A DNA stretch of 64,000 nucleotides from a virus. Below, one piece after another: positions 26,021 to 35,104 of this stretch. The DNA is taken from IMG/VR virus record IMGVR_UViG_3300043172_000590, positions 1 through 64,000 of that record; one strand, written 5' to 3'. The notes beneath the pieces were generated by a model. It saw only the letters and a list, made by a program, of their open reading frames with translations. It made no database searches and was not told where the DNA came from. Every line of letters starts with the position of its first letter. Within the stretch, counting starts at the first letter, position 1. The translations under genes and the position numbers were made by a program.

Positions 26021-26230
26021 ATGAGACCACAAGATTTAAAACTAGCACAATTAAAGGCCATCCCATTAGAGGAGTATGACGGCATTGGATATCACAATAA
26101 GACAAACTATGCGATCTGCGATGATGATGTTATCCCAGAAATAGAGTGTGAGGATATCACATGTGATGAATGCTGTTTGAGTTGCTGTGTAGATATTGAG
26201 GCTAGGATTAAAGAATTAGAAACCAAGTAA
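26021..26230 (+). CDS. Cys-rich hypothetical protein
   Basis: 69-aa ORF, CEDITCDECC. Confidence 0.6.
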   Translation: MRPQDLKLAQLKAIPLEEYDGIGYHNKTNYAICDDDVIPEIECEDITCDECCLSCCVDIEARIKELETK

Positions 26231-26234
26231 TGAT

Positions 26235-26363
26235 ATGCCAAATAGACCTAAAAACCCCAAAGAAGCCGCAAAACATCGCCGCATTTTGATTATCTTCATC
26301 ATCTATGTGGTAATATATACTTTGACGGCGATAAGCTATTTAAACGCAAATTACAAGTTTTGA
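26235..26363 (+). CDS. Small membrane protein (42 aa)
   Basis: Not in the track; MPNRPK...ILIIFIIYVVIY. Confidence 0.45.
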   Translation: MPNRPKNPKEAAKHRRILIIFIIYVVIYTLTAISYLNANYKF

Positions 26364-26366
26364 TAT

Positions 26367-26642
26367 ATGACGTACAAAAAACTACCGGCAGATAAGGACC
26401 GGCGAAGAAAATTGACCGAACAGGCCCGTGAAGAGATTCAGCAAAGACATATCAATGGTGAGTCTATGAATTCATTGAGCAAACTGTTCAATGTATCGAG
26501 GGCTACAATTGGCAATGTACTGCATCCAGAGAGGACAAAGAACCGCAATCCGCAGGCAGGATACGGCAAGGAGGAGGCCTCAGAGAGCAGGAAAAAGACA
26601 ATTGAGTATCGGAGGGAAGTATTTTATAATGCTTCTAAATAG
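26367..26642 (+). CDS. Helix-turn-helix DNA-binding protein
   Basis: KLTEQ..EEI......GESMNSLSKLFNVSRATIGNV. Confidence 0.75.
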   Translation: MTYKKLPADKDRRRKLTEQAREEIQQRHINGESMNSLSKLFNVSRATIGNVLHPERTKNRNPQAGYGKEEASESRKKTIEYRREVFYNASK

Positions 26643-26718
26643 TCATACATTTAGGAAAAGACACAATATATCAATATCTTGCAGTTCAATTAATGTTTAA
26701 CTAAAACGCAGCAAAAAG

Positions 26719-27168
26719 ATGAGAAATTTACTTTTTATTCTTTTGGTGTCCATAATCTCTTCGATGCTTTATAGCTCCCAAGCTGTAGCATTCTTTTGTC
26801 CGGACACCGAGCGCATTTACAATCAGGTTCATGCGCCACCGTCAGTAATCGTAGTTGAAGAAACTATAGTAGCTGATATTTTTATTGTAGAAGCAATCCC
26901 GGTTCTCGAAATCATATCCTTGAAGTCGTATAACGATGGTTACGGCATGGTGTTAAGGATAGATGCATTTATAGGTAGAAATGAAATCACTAAACGTAGT
27001 TGCAGCGAGTCCAATACAAGGTCAGTTGAAAATGACAAATTGAATGGCTACAGCGCAATGCCAGACGAAACCTTTGATATAAGTAAAGAAACCTTTACGA
27101 AATCAAGCCCGGATCTCTTGACTCTATATGGGACAATAGGTTATACTATGGCCGTCACTGTGGTATAA
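26719..27168 (+). CDS. Exported hypothetical protein
   Basis: Signal-peptide-like MRNLLFILLVSIISSMLYSSQAVA. Confidence 0.55.
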   Translation: MRNLLFILLVSIISSMLYSSQAVAFFCPDTERIYNQVHAPPSVIVVEETIVADIFIVEAIPVLEIISLKSYNDGYGMVLRIDAFIGRNEITKRSCSESNTRSVENDKLNGYSAMPDETFDISKETFTKSSPDLLTLYGTIGYTMAVTVV

Positions 27169-27194
27169 TCTTTAATAATACGAATTTTATTCAT

Positions 27195-27227
27195 AAAAGG
27201 GACTCAGATAAATGGGTCCCTTTTTTT
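27195..27227. terminator. Bidirectional intrinsic terminator between convergent arms
   Basis: aaaagggactca/tgggtccctttt stem with A and T tails. Confidence 0.8.
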
Positions 27228-27284
27228 AGTGCATGTGTGTAGCCCAGGGATGGACTAGTGGGAATATATTTATTGTACTATTTA

Positions 27285-27713
27285 TTAGAGTGGTAAATCA
27301 TTTTCACTATCATTTTCTTCTGTAATTTCAGACATTGACTGATCTCTTATTTCATCCTCGTCTTCCTCACTCATTACCCTCACCTTTCGTCCTTCAAGGA
27401 TTTCTACTCTGTGCCACGACTCTACATGAGTGGCAACAAACCATGTCTTAGAACCATCCTTTTTTATGAAATATCTTCTTTTTACTGCACCTTCTATCAG
27501 TAGATGTGTACCGGGTGTTATATATTTTTCTATAAGGTTCTTTGCCCTACTTCCCCATACCGCAATCTCAACCCATTCCGTAGCCTTACTCCTACCGTCC
27601 GTGGTTGCTATCTGAAACTTAGCGATAGTATTAGCCTTTATTTTCCCTCTCTTCTTTATATCTATTATAGATATGTGCCTGCCAACGAATCCAGTAACTA
27701 TGTGCCTATTCAT
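27285..27713 (-). CDS. ssb: Single-stranded DNA-binding protein
   Basis: MNRHIVTGFVG...FQIAT...TEWVEIAVWG..A...YI.PG..LLIEG plus acidic tail ending DLPL. Confidence 0.9.
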   Translation of the reverse strand: MNRHIVTGFVGRHISIIDIKKRGKIKANTIAKFQIATTDGRSKATEWVEIAVWGSRAKNLIEKYITPGTHLLIEGAVKRRYFIKKDGSKTWFVATHVESWHRVEILEGRKVRVMSEEDEDEIRDQSMSEITEENDSENDLPL

Positions 27714-27723
27714 ATGCTATATT

Positions 27724-28635
27724 TTATGTAACATCTTGAGATAAACTTAGAGTACACGGAGTATTTCCGCTCGTAGAATTTATCGTTAACGTAGCTGTCA
27801 ATGTCGTTCCTGTGGCACCTGTAGTGTCTGTATCTATAGTTATGACTTCATTCGATTGCCCCGCTATAGTAAAAGGTGTGCCAGGGGAAACGATACTAAA
27901 TTTAGCAGCGTCAGGACCTGTCAGGATCAGTGAATTTACATCAAGTGGCACAAATCCTATGTTTTCTATTTTAAAATCCCTCGTCCCTGGGGCAGGATCT
28001 GCCGTTGATGGGATGACATAAGGATCTCCGCAATCTAATACGCCGTCAATTTCTGTTTTTAATTCTAATGCAAAAGAGACAGTCTGAATCAACGTAAAAT
28101 TACATGCCGGATTTTCAGAACTATCAGAATTTACAGTTATATCGGCAAGCCATAAAGAGAAAGCATCCCCCATGTTACTGTTTGTAGAAAATTGTATTCT
28201 CTGTTCTCCTCCTGGAAGTATCGTAAATGGAGTTGCAGGGGTCGGAGGAGTTAAATTGAACTTGGATGCATCGGCTCCGGATATTACAAGAGAAGATACT
28301 GCTAAATCTTTACCTCCGGAATTAAGAATATAGAATGCATTTCCTCCATTGTTACCTTCTGTCAAGTCAGTGAATAATATCATATATACACCACATTCTA
28401 TAGGGTCTCTAAGTGACGATTCAAATTCTGCGATGGATTCAGTCAATGACTTTATTTCATCCACCAACACTTGTATCTCGTCCAGTGTTGTGTTTATTGA
28501 ATCTAAATCTGATTCTATCTGGACATAATCCGAATCAATCTTGCCCAGTTCTGTGTTGATATCTACATATAAACCATTTAATGTTTTACAACATTTTTTC
28601 CAAGCTACTATTAATTCTTGTTGGCTGCTGCTCAT
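27724..28635 (-). CDS. Virion fibre/decoration protein: CC coiled coil + two ASH (choice-of-anchor D)-like Ig domains
   Basis: Repeated F.I.N.G...L.V.SL..G.DA.KF.....TPFTI units. Confidence 0.65.
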   Translation of the reverse strand: MSSSQQELIVAWKKCCKTLNGLYVDINTELGKIDSDYVQIESDLDSINTTLDEIQVLVDEIKSLTESIAEFESSLRDPIECGVYMILFTDLTEGNNGGNAFYILNSGGKDLAVSSLVISGADASKFNLTPPTPATPFTILPGGEQRIQFSTNSNMGDAFSLWLADITVNSDSSENPACNFTLIQTVSFALELKTEIDGVLDCGDPYVIPSTADPAPGTRDFKIENIGFVPLDVNSLILTGPDAAKFSIVSPGTPFTIAGQSNEVITIDTDTTGATGTTLTATLTINSTSGNTPCTLSLSQDVT

Positions 28636-28820
28636 GACAAGTTGTCTCTTATTTGTTCAAAAGATTCTTTTGCAGTTGTGACTTTATCGTCTAAATCACC
28701 CATTTTTATCACGGATGAGGCGGTTGAGGTAGATATGTTTTCGAATGACGCCTTTATCGCCTCAAGGTTTGCCTGCTGGCTGGCACAGCACTGTTCTATT
28801 GCATCTATTATTTGTCCCAT
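28632..28820 (-). CDS. Mini CC coiled-coil protein
   Basis: IIDAIEQCC...NLEAI heptads paralogous to the N-termini of both neighbours. Confidence 0.65.
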   Translation of the reverse strand: MGQIIDAIEQCCASQQANLEAIKASFENISTSTASSVIKMGDLDDKVTTAKESFEQIRDNLS

Positions 28821-28848
28821 CCTACATCGGGTTAAGGGTTTTTATAGT

Positions 28849-29820
28849 TTAAGGGTAATCGAAAAATATTGTCTCAGATTCGTAATCAGTCAAAGCCCCT
28901 ACATTGCTATATGTTTGGATCTCGTAAGATGTAGGAGATATTCTCTCCACCGCAGCCCACCCCATAAGGGTAATACCATCATCCCTGACAATGGTGCTGC
29001 CAATTCCAAATATAGTTGTAGGTGCCGTAAATGATAATGTGTATTTCCCTGTGTCTGGGTGTCCAAAAGAAAATCCAGAGAATCCTCCTTTTGTCGTCGC
29101 AACTCCTGCTTCTGTAAATCTAACAACAAATATGCGAGGCTGTTGGCTCCCGTCTACTCTAAATTCCCCTGAGACATCCACGTTTGTAAATTGAGGGGTG
29201 TCCGCCGTTTTTAGTCCTGTTATTTGCTCTTTTGTGTAGTCTCCTACCTCTGCAGTCACTACGCCATCCCTGCTAAAAACTGATGTTACTGGCGTCGCTG
29301 GCTGGTTTGCAAGTTTTGTTCTTTCTGTATCAAGAAATATTTTAGTAGTTGCGCCCTCTACCATGTTATCCATGGCGAAAGCGTCCCCCGCAACAAGAGT
29401 AGGATCGTAAACTGACTTTAGCATAAGCACTGACAAGTCTTGGTCTCCTGTATTTGTGCCGCTCTGGTTGCCTACCGTTGTTCTTTCTGCATCGGTCAGT
29501 ATCTTAGTGTTTGCCCCTTCTGCCATATTGTCCATGGCAAAGGCATCTCCTTCTACCAACGTTGGATCATATACAGGCTTCTGCATTGGGTCTGTGCCCC
29601 CGGTATTTGTTTCTATCTGATCAAGAGTAGCCTGTATGGCATCCATTTTAGACAGCGTACTGGTCAACTTAGCGTCAATGCTCGTGGTGTTACCATCAAT
29701 AGATTCTGTGGCAGTTTTTATGTCTGACAGATTACCGTTGGTCGTAACACAACAACTCTTTATCTCAATAATTATTTTATTGGATTGTTCGGTTCCAAAA
29801 GGATCGCTTTTATCTGCCAT
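28849..29820 (-). CDS. Fibre-like virion protein with CC coiled coil and internal ~40-aa duplication
   Basis: VYDPTLV.GDAFAMDNM.EGA.TKI..D.ERT x2; VTSVFSRDG.V fibre motif. Confidence 0.65.
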   Translation of the reverse strand: MADKSDPFGTEQSNKIIIEIKSCCVTTNGNLSDIKTATESIDGNTTSIDAKLTSTLSKMDAIQATLDQIETNTGGTDPMQKPVYDPTLVEGDAFAMDNMAEGANTKILTDAERTTVGNQSGTNTGDQDLSVLMLKSVYDPTLVAGDAFAMDNMVEGATTKIFLDTERTKLANQPATPVTSVFSRDGVVTAEVGDYTKEQITGLKTADTPQFTNVDVSGEFRVDGSQQPRIFVVRFTEAGVATTKGGFSGFSFGHPDTGKYTLSFTAPTTIFGIGSTIVRDDGITLMGWAAVERISPTSYEIQTYSNVGALTDYESETIFFDYP

Positions 29821-29822
29821 AG

Positions 29823-30068
29823 CTATATTGATTTAATATTTTTTATATAAATAATAGCCTCATGTACCTGATTTAATAAATGATCTATCAAGCCTCCATT
29901 AGTTTCTAAATCGACACCCAACTCAATAACTTCATTAAGGAACATCTCTGCCATATATCTTACAGACAGTATCTTGTCGGCACAGTTTTTATTTGCCTTT
30001 TTGAGTATATTTAGCTCAAGTATAGTACATTCGACCAATCCGACTTGTAATTCATCTATTATACTCAT
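29823..30068 (-). CDS. Hypothetical structural-module protein
   Basis: 81-aa ORF in operon. Confidence 0.6.
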   Translation of the reverse strand: MSIIDELQVGLVECTILELNILKKANKNCADKILSVRYMAEMFLNEVIELGVDLETNGGLIDHLLNQVHEAIIYIKNIKSI

Positions 30069-30643
30069 GGCAATGGCTGTTCAGTTAATTCGTTAACCGT
30101 TCCTGTCAATACGTACAATGCCGCAAGTATTGATATGTATTCCTCTTCAAGAAATTGGTCCGCGGCAAATGCGAGTTCTGTTTTTAAGCTTAACTTTCTT
30201 GCAGACACAGAATTGCAATTACACGTACATGATAATTCCTTTTTCCAGTCAACGGCTAATAACTGTTGTTGCACCGTGTTGGTTATCACTGCTCTGAATC
30301 CAGCGGTGAACTCGTCCTCTTCCGGAGTCCCAAGATAAGTATATTCTATCTTGGTGCGATAAACGTAGTCTCCGAAGAAATCCAACCCACTCACTTCCCC
30401 ATCAGGAGGCAAGTCTGCAATATTTACAGTAATGCCATCATCCAAAAGAAATTCCCAATCTGCGAGGATGTCAATTTGATATTCACTACCATCATAAGTA
30501 TTTATCAGCGTCAATGTTGCAGCCGTCACGCTTCCACCAGATAAATCTATGCCTGCATCTGCATATTCTTGTTGCGTCGTGGTGTCCACAACTCTGAAGT
30601 TGTACTTATCAAGTTCAATTGTCTCATGCTTTAATATAGACAT
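30065..30643 (-). CDS. Putative tail/hub structural protein
   Basis: Beta-rich N-terminus, helical C-terminus with CTCNC; position in the structural module. Confidence 0.5.
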   Translation of the reverse strand: MSILKHETIELDKYNFRVVDTTTQQEYADAGIDLSGGSVTAATLTLINTYDGSEYQIDILADWEFLLDDGITVNIADLPPDGEVSGLDFFGDYVYRTKIEYTYLGTPEEDEFTAGFRAVITNTVQQQLLAVDWKKELSCTCNCNSVSARKLSLKTELAFAADQFLEEEYISILAALYVLTGTVNELTEQPLP

Positions 30644-30645
30644 AT

Positions 30646-31290
30646 CTACCTCCTTACTTTTTTATACTTGGTCACGGTTATTTCTCCACATCCGTTTGTT
30701 TCGGCAATAATTTTACCTTCCTTTCTTCCCAGTCTCGGGCCAACGCCCCACAATATTCTCCTTCTTTTGGTAAAGTCTATTATGACTGCCTCTGCTTTAA
30801 AACCCGGGTTTGTAACCTCCATTTCCATACCGCCATCAAAAGTTATTTTGGCATCAAAAAACATGCAGCCATCATTGAAGGTGTATCCACCTACCACGAC
30901 CATGCTACTATCCGGTTTAGGCGCTGTTTTTTCAACTACTTTTCCCGGGAGATACAAAGTGTCCATCCTTGGCTTTAAGACGTAATTTTGAGCAGATTTG
31001 TACTTTATGATTAAGTGTTCTGCGGCATTAAGTTGTTGATCCTTGATATTATACTTCTTTTGGATGCTGTCAACAATGGACAGATGTTTGTCGTCTGACT
31101 CTTTTTTGAGTCTCCTCAATTCTTTGGTCGTGAGCAGTGCTATCCGAACACTGTCACTTGAATGCTTATAGTTGTCTGTCATCCGGATTCTGGACTTACG
31201 TTCAGTGTTCCACATCTTAGACATTATTCCGCCGCCAATACCAAGGGCTACAATTAGCAATATTAATATTGTTTTAGGACTTAGCTTCAT
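30646..31290 (-). CDS. Spanin-like (Rz-type) lysis protein
   Basis: N-terminal TM plus coiled coil, after endolysin and holin. Confidence 0.5.
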   Translation of the reverse strand: MKLSPKTILILLIVALGIGGGIMSKMWNTERKSRIRMTDNYKHSSDSVRIALLTTKELRRLKKESDDKHLSIVDSIQKKYNIKDQQLNAAEHLIIKYKSAQNYVLKPRMDTLYLPGKVVEKTAPKPDSSMVVVGGYTFNDGCMFFDAKITFDGGMEMEVTNPGFKAEAVIIDFTKRRRILWGVGPRLGRKEGKIIAETNGCGEITVTKYKKVRR

Positions 31291-31594
31291 TTTCTATAAT
31301 ATTATTTGTTTCGTTTTTGAATCTTTTCATGCCCTTTCTCCATAGCCATAGTCCGGCGGCTCCCATAAACATCCAGAACAGCAGATTTACATCTACGCCG
31401 TAGATTACCCAGCTTATTTTGACGCCTGCCCAAATAAACCCCATTCCTATAAGAATATTGATTATTCCTGCTAATAGGTTCTTTTTAAAGAATATGGACG
31501 ACTTATAGTCTATCCTGAACCATGCCGACTGTAGTTTTATTAAGGTCATTATGACGGCCCCTAATACCAATAATACATAAGGTAAAAATTCCAT
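31274..31594 (-). CDS. Putative holin (3 TM)
   Basis: Three TM helices and a basic C-terminus, adjacent to the endolysin. Confidence 0.55.
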   Translation of the reverse strand: MEFLPYVLLVLGAVIMTLIKLQSAWFRIDYKSSIFFKKNLLAGIINILIGMGFIWAGVKISWVIYGVDVNLLFWMFMGAAGLWLWRKGMKRFKNETNNIIENEAKS

Positions 31595-31596
31595 AA

Positions 31597-32166
31597 CTAA
31601 ATATCTTTAAGTAAAATAAATCCTTTAAATTCGAGCGAGTCACGCCCATATATAGTATTGTTTTTTTCCAATGTTATCTTCCCTTCTCTCTCTCCCGCTA
31701 ATGAGGTATTGCCTTCAACTGCTTTAAATTCATCGTAATCAGGTGTTGTCACCTCTGTAGCAATCCCTATATGCCCATGCCAAGCGTGCCCTTTTTTCTT
31801 CCAAAAACAAAGAGCTCCTTTTTGTGGGGTGTTTGAAAACTCCCATCCTTCCCTTTTGAACTTCGCCAAAGTCCCCATTGCAGAACCAGTAAATAGCCTA
31901 TCTATTACTGAAACCATTGACGAATCGTATATAGAATATGATGTCTTCCAAACGAGCTCAGCCAAGTAGTCACACCATGCTTGCCCTTTTTTCCATCCTA
32001 TCGTTTTAAACACCTCTTCTGATGAAGCAATTGACAGCCCATGGGATTTAACCAAGTTGAGGTACGGCTGCGGGAATCCATAGAATCCTGAGTTTCCCGG
32101 CTTCTCCATTAAATTGGTAAGACTTCGAGCCACTTCTACTACGATGTCATTAATTTTCATTGTCAA
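31597..32166 (-). CDS. CHAP-domain endolysin
   Basis: AWC (Cys), GHIGI (His), VEGNT. Confidence 0.85.
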   Translation of the reverse strand: MTMKINDIVVEVARSLTNLMEKPGNSGFYGFPQPYLNLVKSHGLSIASSEEVFKTIGWKKGQAWCDYLAELVWKTSYSIYDSSMVSVIDRLFTGSAMGTLAKFKREGWEFSNTPQKGALCFWKKKGHAWHGHIGIATEVTTPDYDEFKAVEGNTSLAGEREGKITLEKNNTIYGRDSLEFKGFILLKDI

Positions 32167-32211
32167 TATCGTCTCTTAATTTATCAAGATTTATCCTCAT
32201 CTCCCCGGTCT

Positions 32212-32538
32212 TTATTCCTTTATTAATTTTATATAATCCTTCAAGTCATCGAATCTATTATCTTGGGTTTTGCTGAATGCTTCAAATTTGTTGTCAAAAT
32301 ATTTTTCTAATCTCTCTATTTTGTCATTCTCATTTTCGGCGTGCTTTCTTATTTCGTCATCCGTGTGCTTTATTGCTATATTATGTTTTGTGTCAACATA
32401 TATAGTTGATGCCGCATTTTCTATTTTAGCCTCTTTATTTATGTACCCACTAGCCGTAATCGCTCCTGCAAAAGCAAACATTGCAGATATAAATGTCATT
32501 AATAAATATATTTTCCAGTTTTCCTTAAGATTGTCCAT
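32212..32538 (-). CDS. Lysis-cassette membrane protein (TM + coiled coil)
   Basis: Single N-terminal TM upstream of the endolysin. Confidence 0.55.
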   Translation of the reverse strand: MDNLKENWKIYLLMTFISAMFAFAGAITASGYINKEAKIENAASTIYVDTKHNIAIKHTDDEIRKHAENENDKIERLEKYFDNKFEAFSKTQDNRFDDLKDYIKLIKE

Positions 32539-32881
32539 TTTTATAATATTTTAAGCACAACCCCATAAACATAAATAATGTAACGCCCCCGAAAACATAT
32601 TTAGATATTTCACTATTCGCACTCAGCATATAGTCCTCATATTTAAGATTTCTTAAACTAAATTCATACCAGGCCCTTCCTATCAATATTAATGAAGCAA
32701 GCGAATAAAACATTTTTGACAATTTACTGCCTATTAACACATCGTCAAAGTCAATCAGCGCAATAGCCAAGAATATCGAAGTAAAATAAAATACACTCCA
32801 CCCAGTACTACCAGATGGAGCTTTTGCGTCGAATAAGAAAAATGCAAATAATAGATATGATTTACCTATAAATTTAAACAT
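32525..32881 (-). CDS. Multi-pass membrane protein
   Basis: About 4 hydrophobic segments. Confidence 0.6.
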   Translation of the reverse strand: MFKFIGKSYLLFAFFLFDAKAPSGSTGWSVFYFTSIFLAIALIDFDDVLIGSKLSKMFYSLASLILIGRAWYEFSLRNLKYEDYMLSANSEISKYVFGGVTLFMFMGLCLKYYKNGQS

Positions 32882-32984
32882 CTTCTTTATCTTCTTCTTT
32901 CTTTTCTTTCTTTTCTTTCTTTTGTTCTTCTGGAACTTCTACAGATCTTGTTTTGGGATCTGTAGGCTTTTCTGGATGTGGCAT
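32874..32984 (-). CDS. Small charged peptide (36 aa)
   Basis: Not in the track; MPHPEKPTDPKTRSVEVPEEQKKEKKEKKEEDKEDV, stop overlapping the next ATG. Confidence 0.5.
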   Translation of the reverse strand: MPHPEKPTDPKTRSVEVPEEQKKEKKEKKEEDKEDV

Positions 32985-33039
32985 AATTAATAATTTAAAA
33001 GTTAAACAATATCACAAGTTAATATAATTTATATTAAAA

Positions 33040-33447
33040 CTAAAAACCATCGAACAATTTCTGCTCCTGTATTTTACGCAGTTCAATGTCGTCAAGTTCG
33101 TCCTGAATTAAATCATATCGCTGTCTTAGCCTATTTAATCGGTTATCCCTGGATGCTGAGTCTAACTCTGCATTATTTTTGATAGTCAAATACTGAGTCT
33201 TTAGTGGCGTTATAGCGTCCTTACAATTCATTGAATCTTGGACTAGCCCTGCAATCTTGATAGACACTTGTTCAAGAGTTGTTGTTCTTTTTTGTTTATA
33301 TACTTTTTTAGTATGCTCCCAATAATGCATATAAACATTTCCACTTATCGTTACCACCGTGTCAATATCGTTAAAGTATTCTCTTTTCTGTTGAGCCTCC
33401 GTGCTTAGCACGAAGAACATCATTGCTATTATAATTGTGTTTTTCAT
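33040..33447 (-). CDS. Signal-peptide-bearing coiled-coil protein
   Basis: MKNTIIIAMMFFVLSTEA/QQ. Confidence 0.7.
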   Translation of the reverse strand: MKNTIIIAMMFFVLSTEAQQKREYFNDIDTVVTISGNVYMHYWEHTKKVYKQKRTTTLEQVSIKIAGLVQDSMNCKDAITPLKTQYLTIKNNAELDSASRDNRLNRLRQRYDLIQDELDDIELRKIQEQKLFDGF

Positions 33448-33450
33448 AGT

Positions 33451-35100
33451 CTATTTTACAACCCATGAGCCATTTTCATAAAAGTTAAATGCATTAATTG
33501 TTGTGTTGTATATTACCATTCCATTTACTGCTGTTAAATTATCTCTTTGGCTTGTTGCCATTCTAGGAAGTAATAATGCCCCTGATGTTGATTTTATTTC
33601 AAGAGCTGCACTTGTTTCTGGGGTACTCGTTCCAATAGCAAAATCTGAGTTAGGAACAGAAACTAATCCAATACTTGTTCCCCCTCTATTACTTGCTTTG
33701 ATAATTGACTGAGTTGCTGTATATAAATCACTTGCAGTTTTAAGCACAAACTCTTCATTAGATACTTCAATCATCCAAACTTTTTCACTACTTCCAGCAT
33801 CTGACTCTTCCAGTATTATTCTTGGTGAATCTGATACAATATGTAATTCGTCATTAGCAAGATCTATTCCTATTCCTACATTACCAGTGAAATGGGGATT
33901 GTTTAATGGGGCTTTTGAATCTAAAGCTGATTGAGTGGCTAAACTTATTGGTTTATTGTCATCAGAAGTATTATCTACATTTGATACGCTTGAATTTAAA
34001 ACGGCGATATCTACATCATCGACTGTTCCACTCAATGTAACGTCTCCAACTATATCTAAATTATCCTGAACTGTAAGAGTATTGCCGTCTGTATTTCTTA
34101 TAATTGGTGTCTCAATATAGTCAGTTGCATCTATCGTAGTACCAGTAAAGCCAGCACCACTAATATCTCCTACATAAAGAACGCCCCTGATGTCAAAATC
34201 ACTATTGACCATAAAACAGTTATCACCAGACGACCATCCAAAGTAATCGGTTCCACTGTCGTTGAGATAAATCTTATCGGCTACTAGAGAACCATCACTA
34301 TCAATAGAGGCAACATCTACACCATCGCTGTCTTTGATATACACCTTTTTAGAGCCAGCATTATCACCTAGTTTAAAGATTATATCCTTAGTGACAGAGT
34401 TAATTGTAAATGTTTGCTGCCCTTGTAGTGTCAAATCAGCACTTGCATGAATCATTCCGGTTTTACTCGAAGTAATATAAAATCGTATATAATCATTGCC
34501 TTCTGCAGCTCTTCTCCAAACTTTAAATATCTTACCCGCTTCATCATTGCCAACATCAGTATCACTAAATACTTCAACATCATCATTTGCATAAGGTTGA
34601 ATCTTTAAAATATCATCTGGGAAATATAAGATAGGAGTTTGTATTCTGTACGGTACTTTGAAAGTTCCTACTTCCGACAATAATGCTCTTTCATCACCAT
34701 CATCATACCCGCCAGTATAAAAAGATATATCCTGATTACTAGCGATTCTTAACTGGCCAGACTCAACCCCTATAGAGTATACATCGGAATACAAATTAAT
34801 CTTTCGACCTGTAGTAGAAGGAAATTGAAGGAGACTTCCAGTTAAATCCGCCAAGTCTTTATCCCATAATGAAAATATTGGATCAGTTTCAGTATATGAA
34901 GTCAAAACAACTTCCCAGCTATCCCCATCCCAGTATTCAAACTCACCCGTGGTAACATTATGAATGAGCCAATGTTTCCCGCTAGGATCTGAGAGGGCAT
35001 CCCTTTGTGCCGTTGTTGCTTCTATATGTTTAATAACCTGTTCTTGTCCGTATGTAAAACTTGAAATCAGAATTACAAGTAATAAAATTAATTTTTTCAT
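33451..35100 (-). CDS. Tail-fibre-like trimeric protein with Sec signal peptide
   Basis: True start likely ATG 35100 (MKKLILLLVILISSFTYG/Q); ETDPIF, NVDNTSD..KP.S.ATQ.ALD.KA and GNVGIG motifs; TTAQRD...YNTT...W modules at both ends. Confidence 0.75.
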   Translation of the reverse strand: MKKLILLLVILISSFTYGQEQVIKHIEATTAQRDALSDPSGKHWLIHNVTTGEFEYWDGDSWEVVLTSYTETDPIFSLWDKDLADLTGSLLQFPSTTGRKINLYSDVYSIGVESGQLRIASNQDISFYTGGYDDGDERALLSEVGTFKVPYRIQTPILYFPDDILKIQPYANDDVEVFSDTDVGNDEAGKIFKVWRRAAEGNDYIRFYITSSKTGMIHASADLTLQGQQTFTINSVTKDIIFKLGDNAGSKKVYIKDSDGVDVASIDSDGSLVADKIYLNDSGTDYFGWSSGDNCFMVNSDFDIRGVLYVGDISGAGFTGTTIDATDYIETPIIRNTDGNTLTVQDNLDIVGDVTLSGTVDDVDIAVLNSSVSNVDNTSDDNKPISLATQSALDSKAPLNNPHFTGNVGIGIDLANDELHIVSDSPRIILEESDAGSSEKVWMIEVSNEEFVLKTASDLYTATQSIIKASNRGGTSIGLVSVPNSDFAIGTSTPETSAALEIKSTSGALLLPRMATSQRDNLTAVNGMVIYNTTINAFNFYENGSWVVK

Positions 35101-35104
35101 ACTA

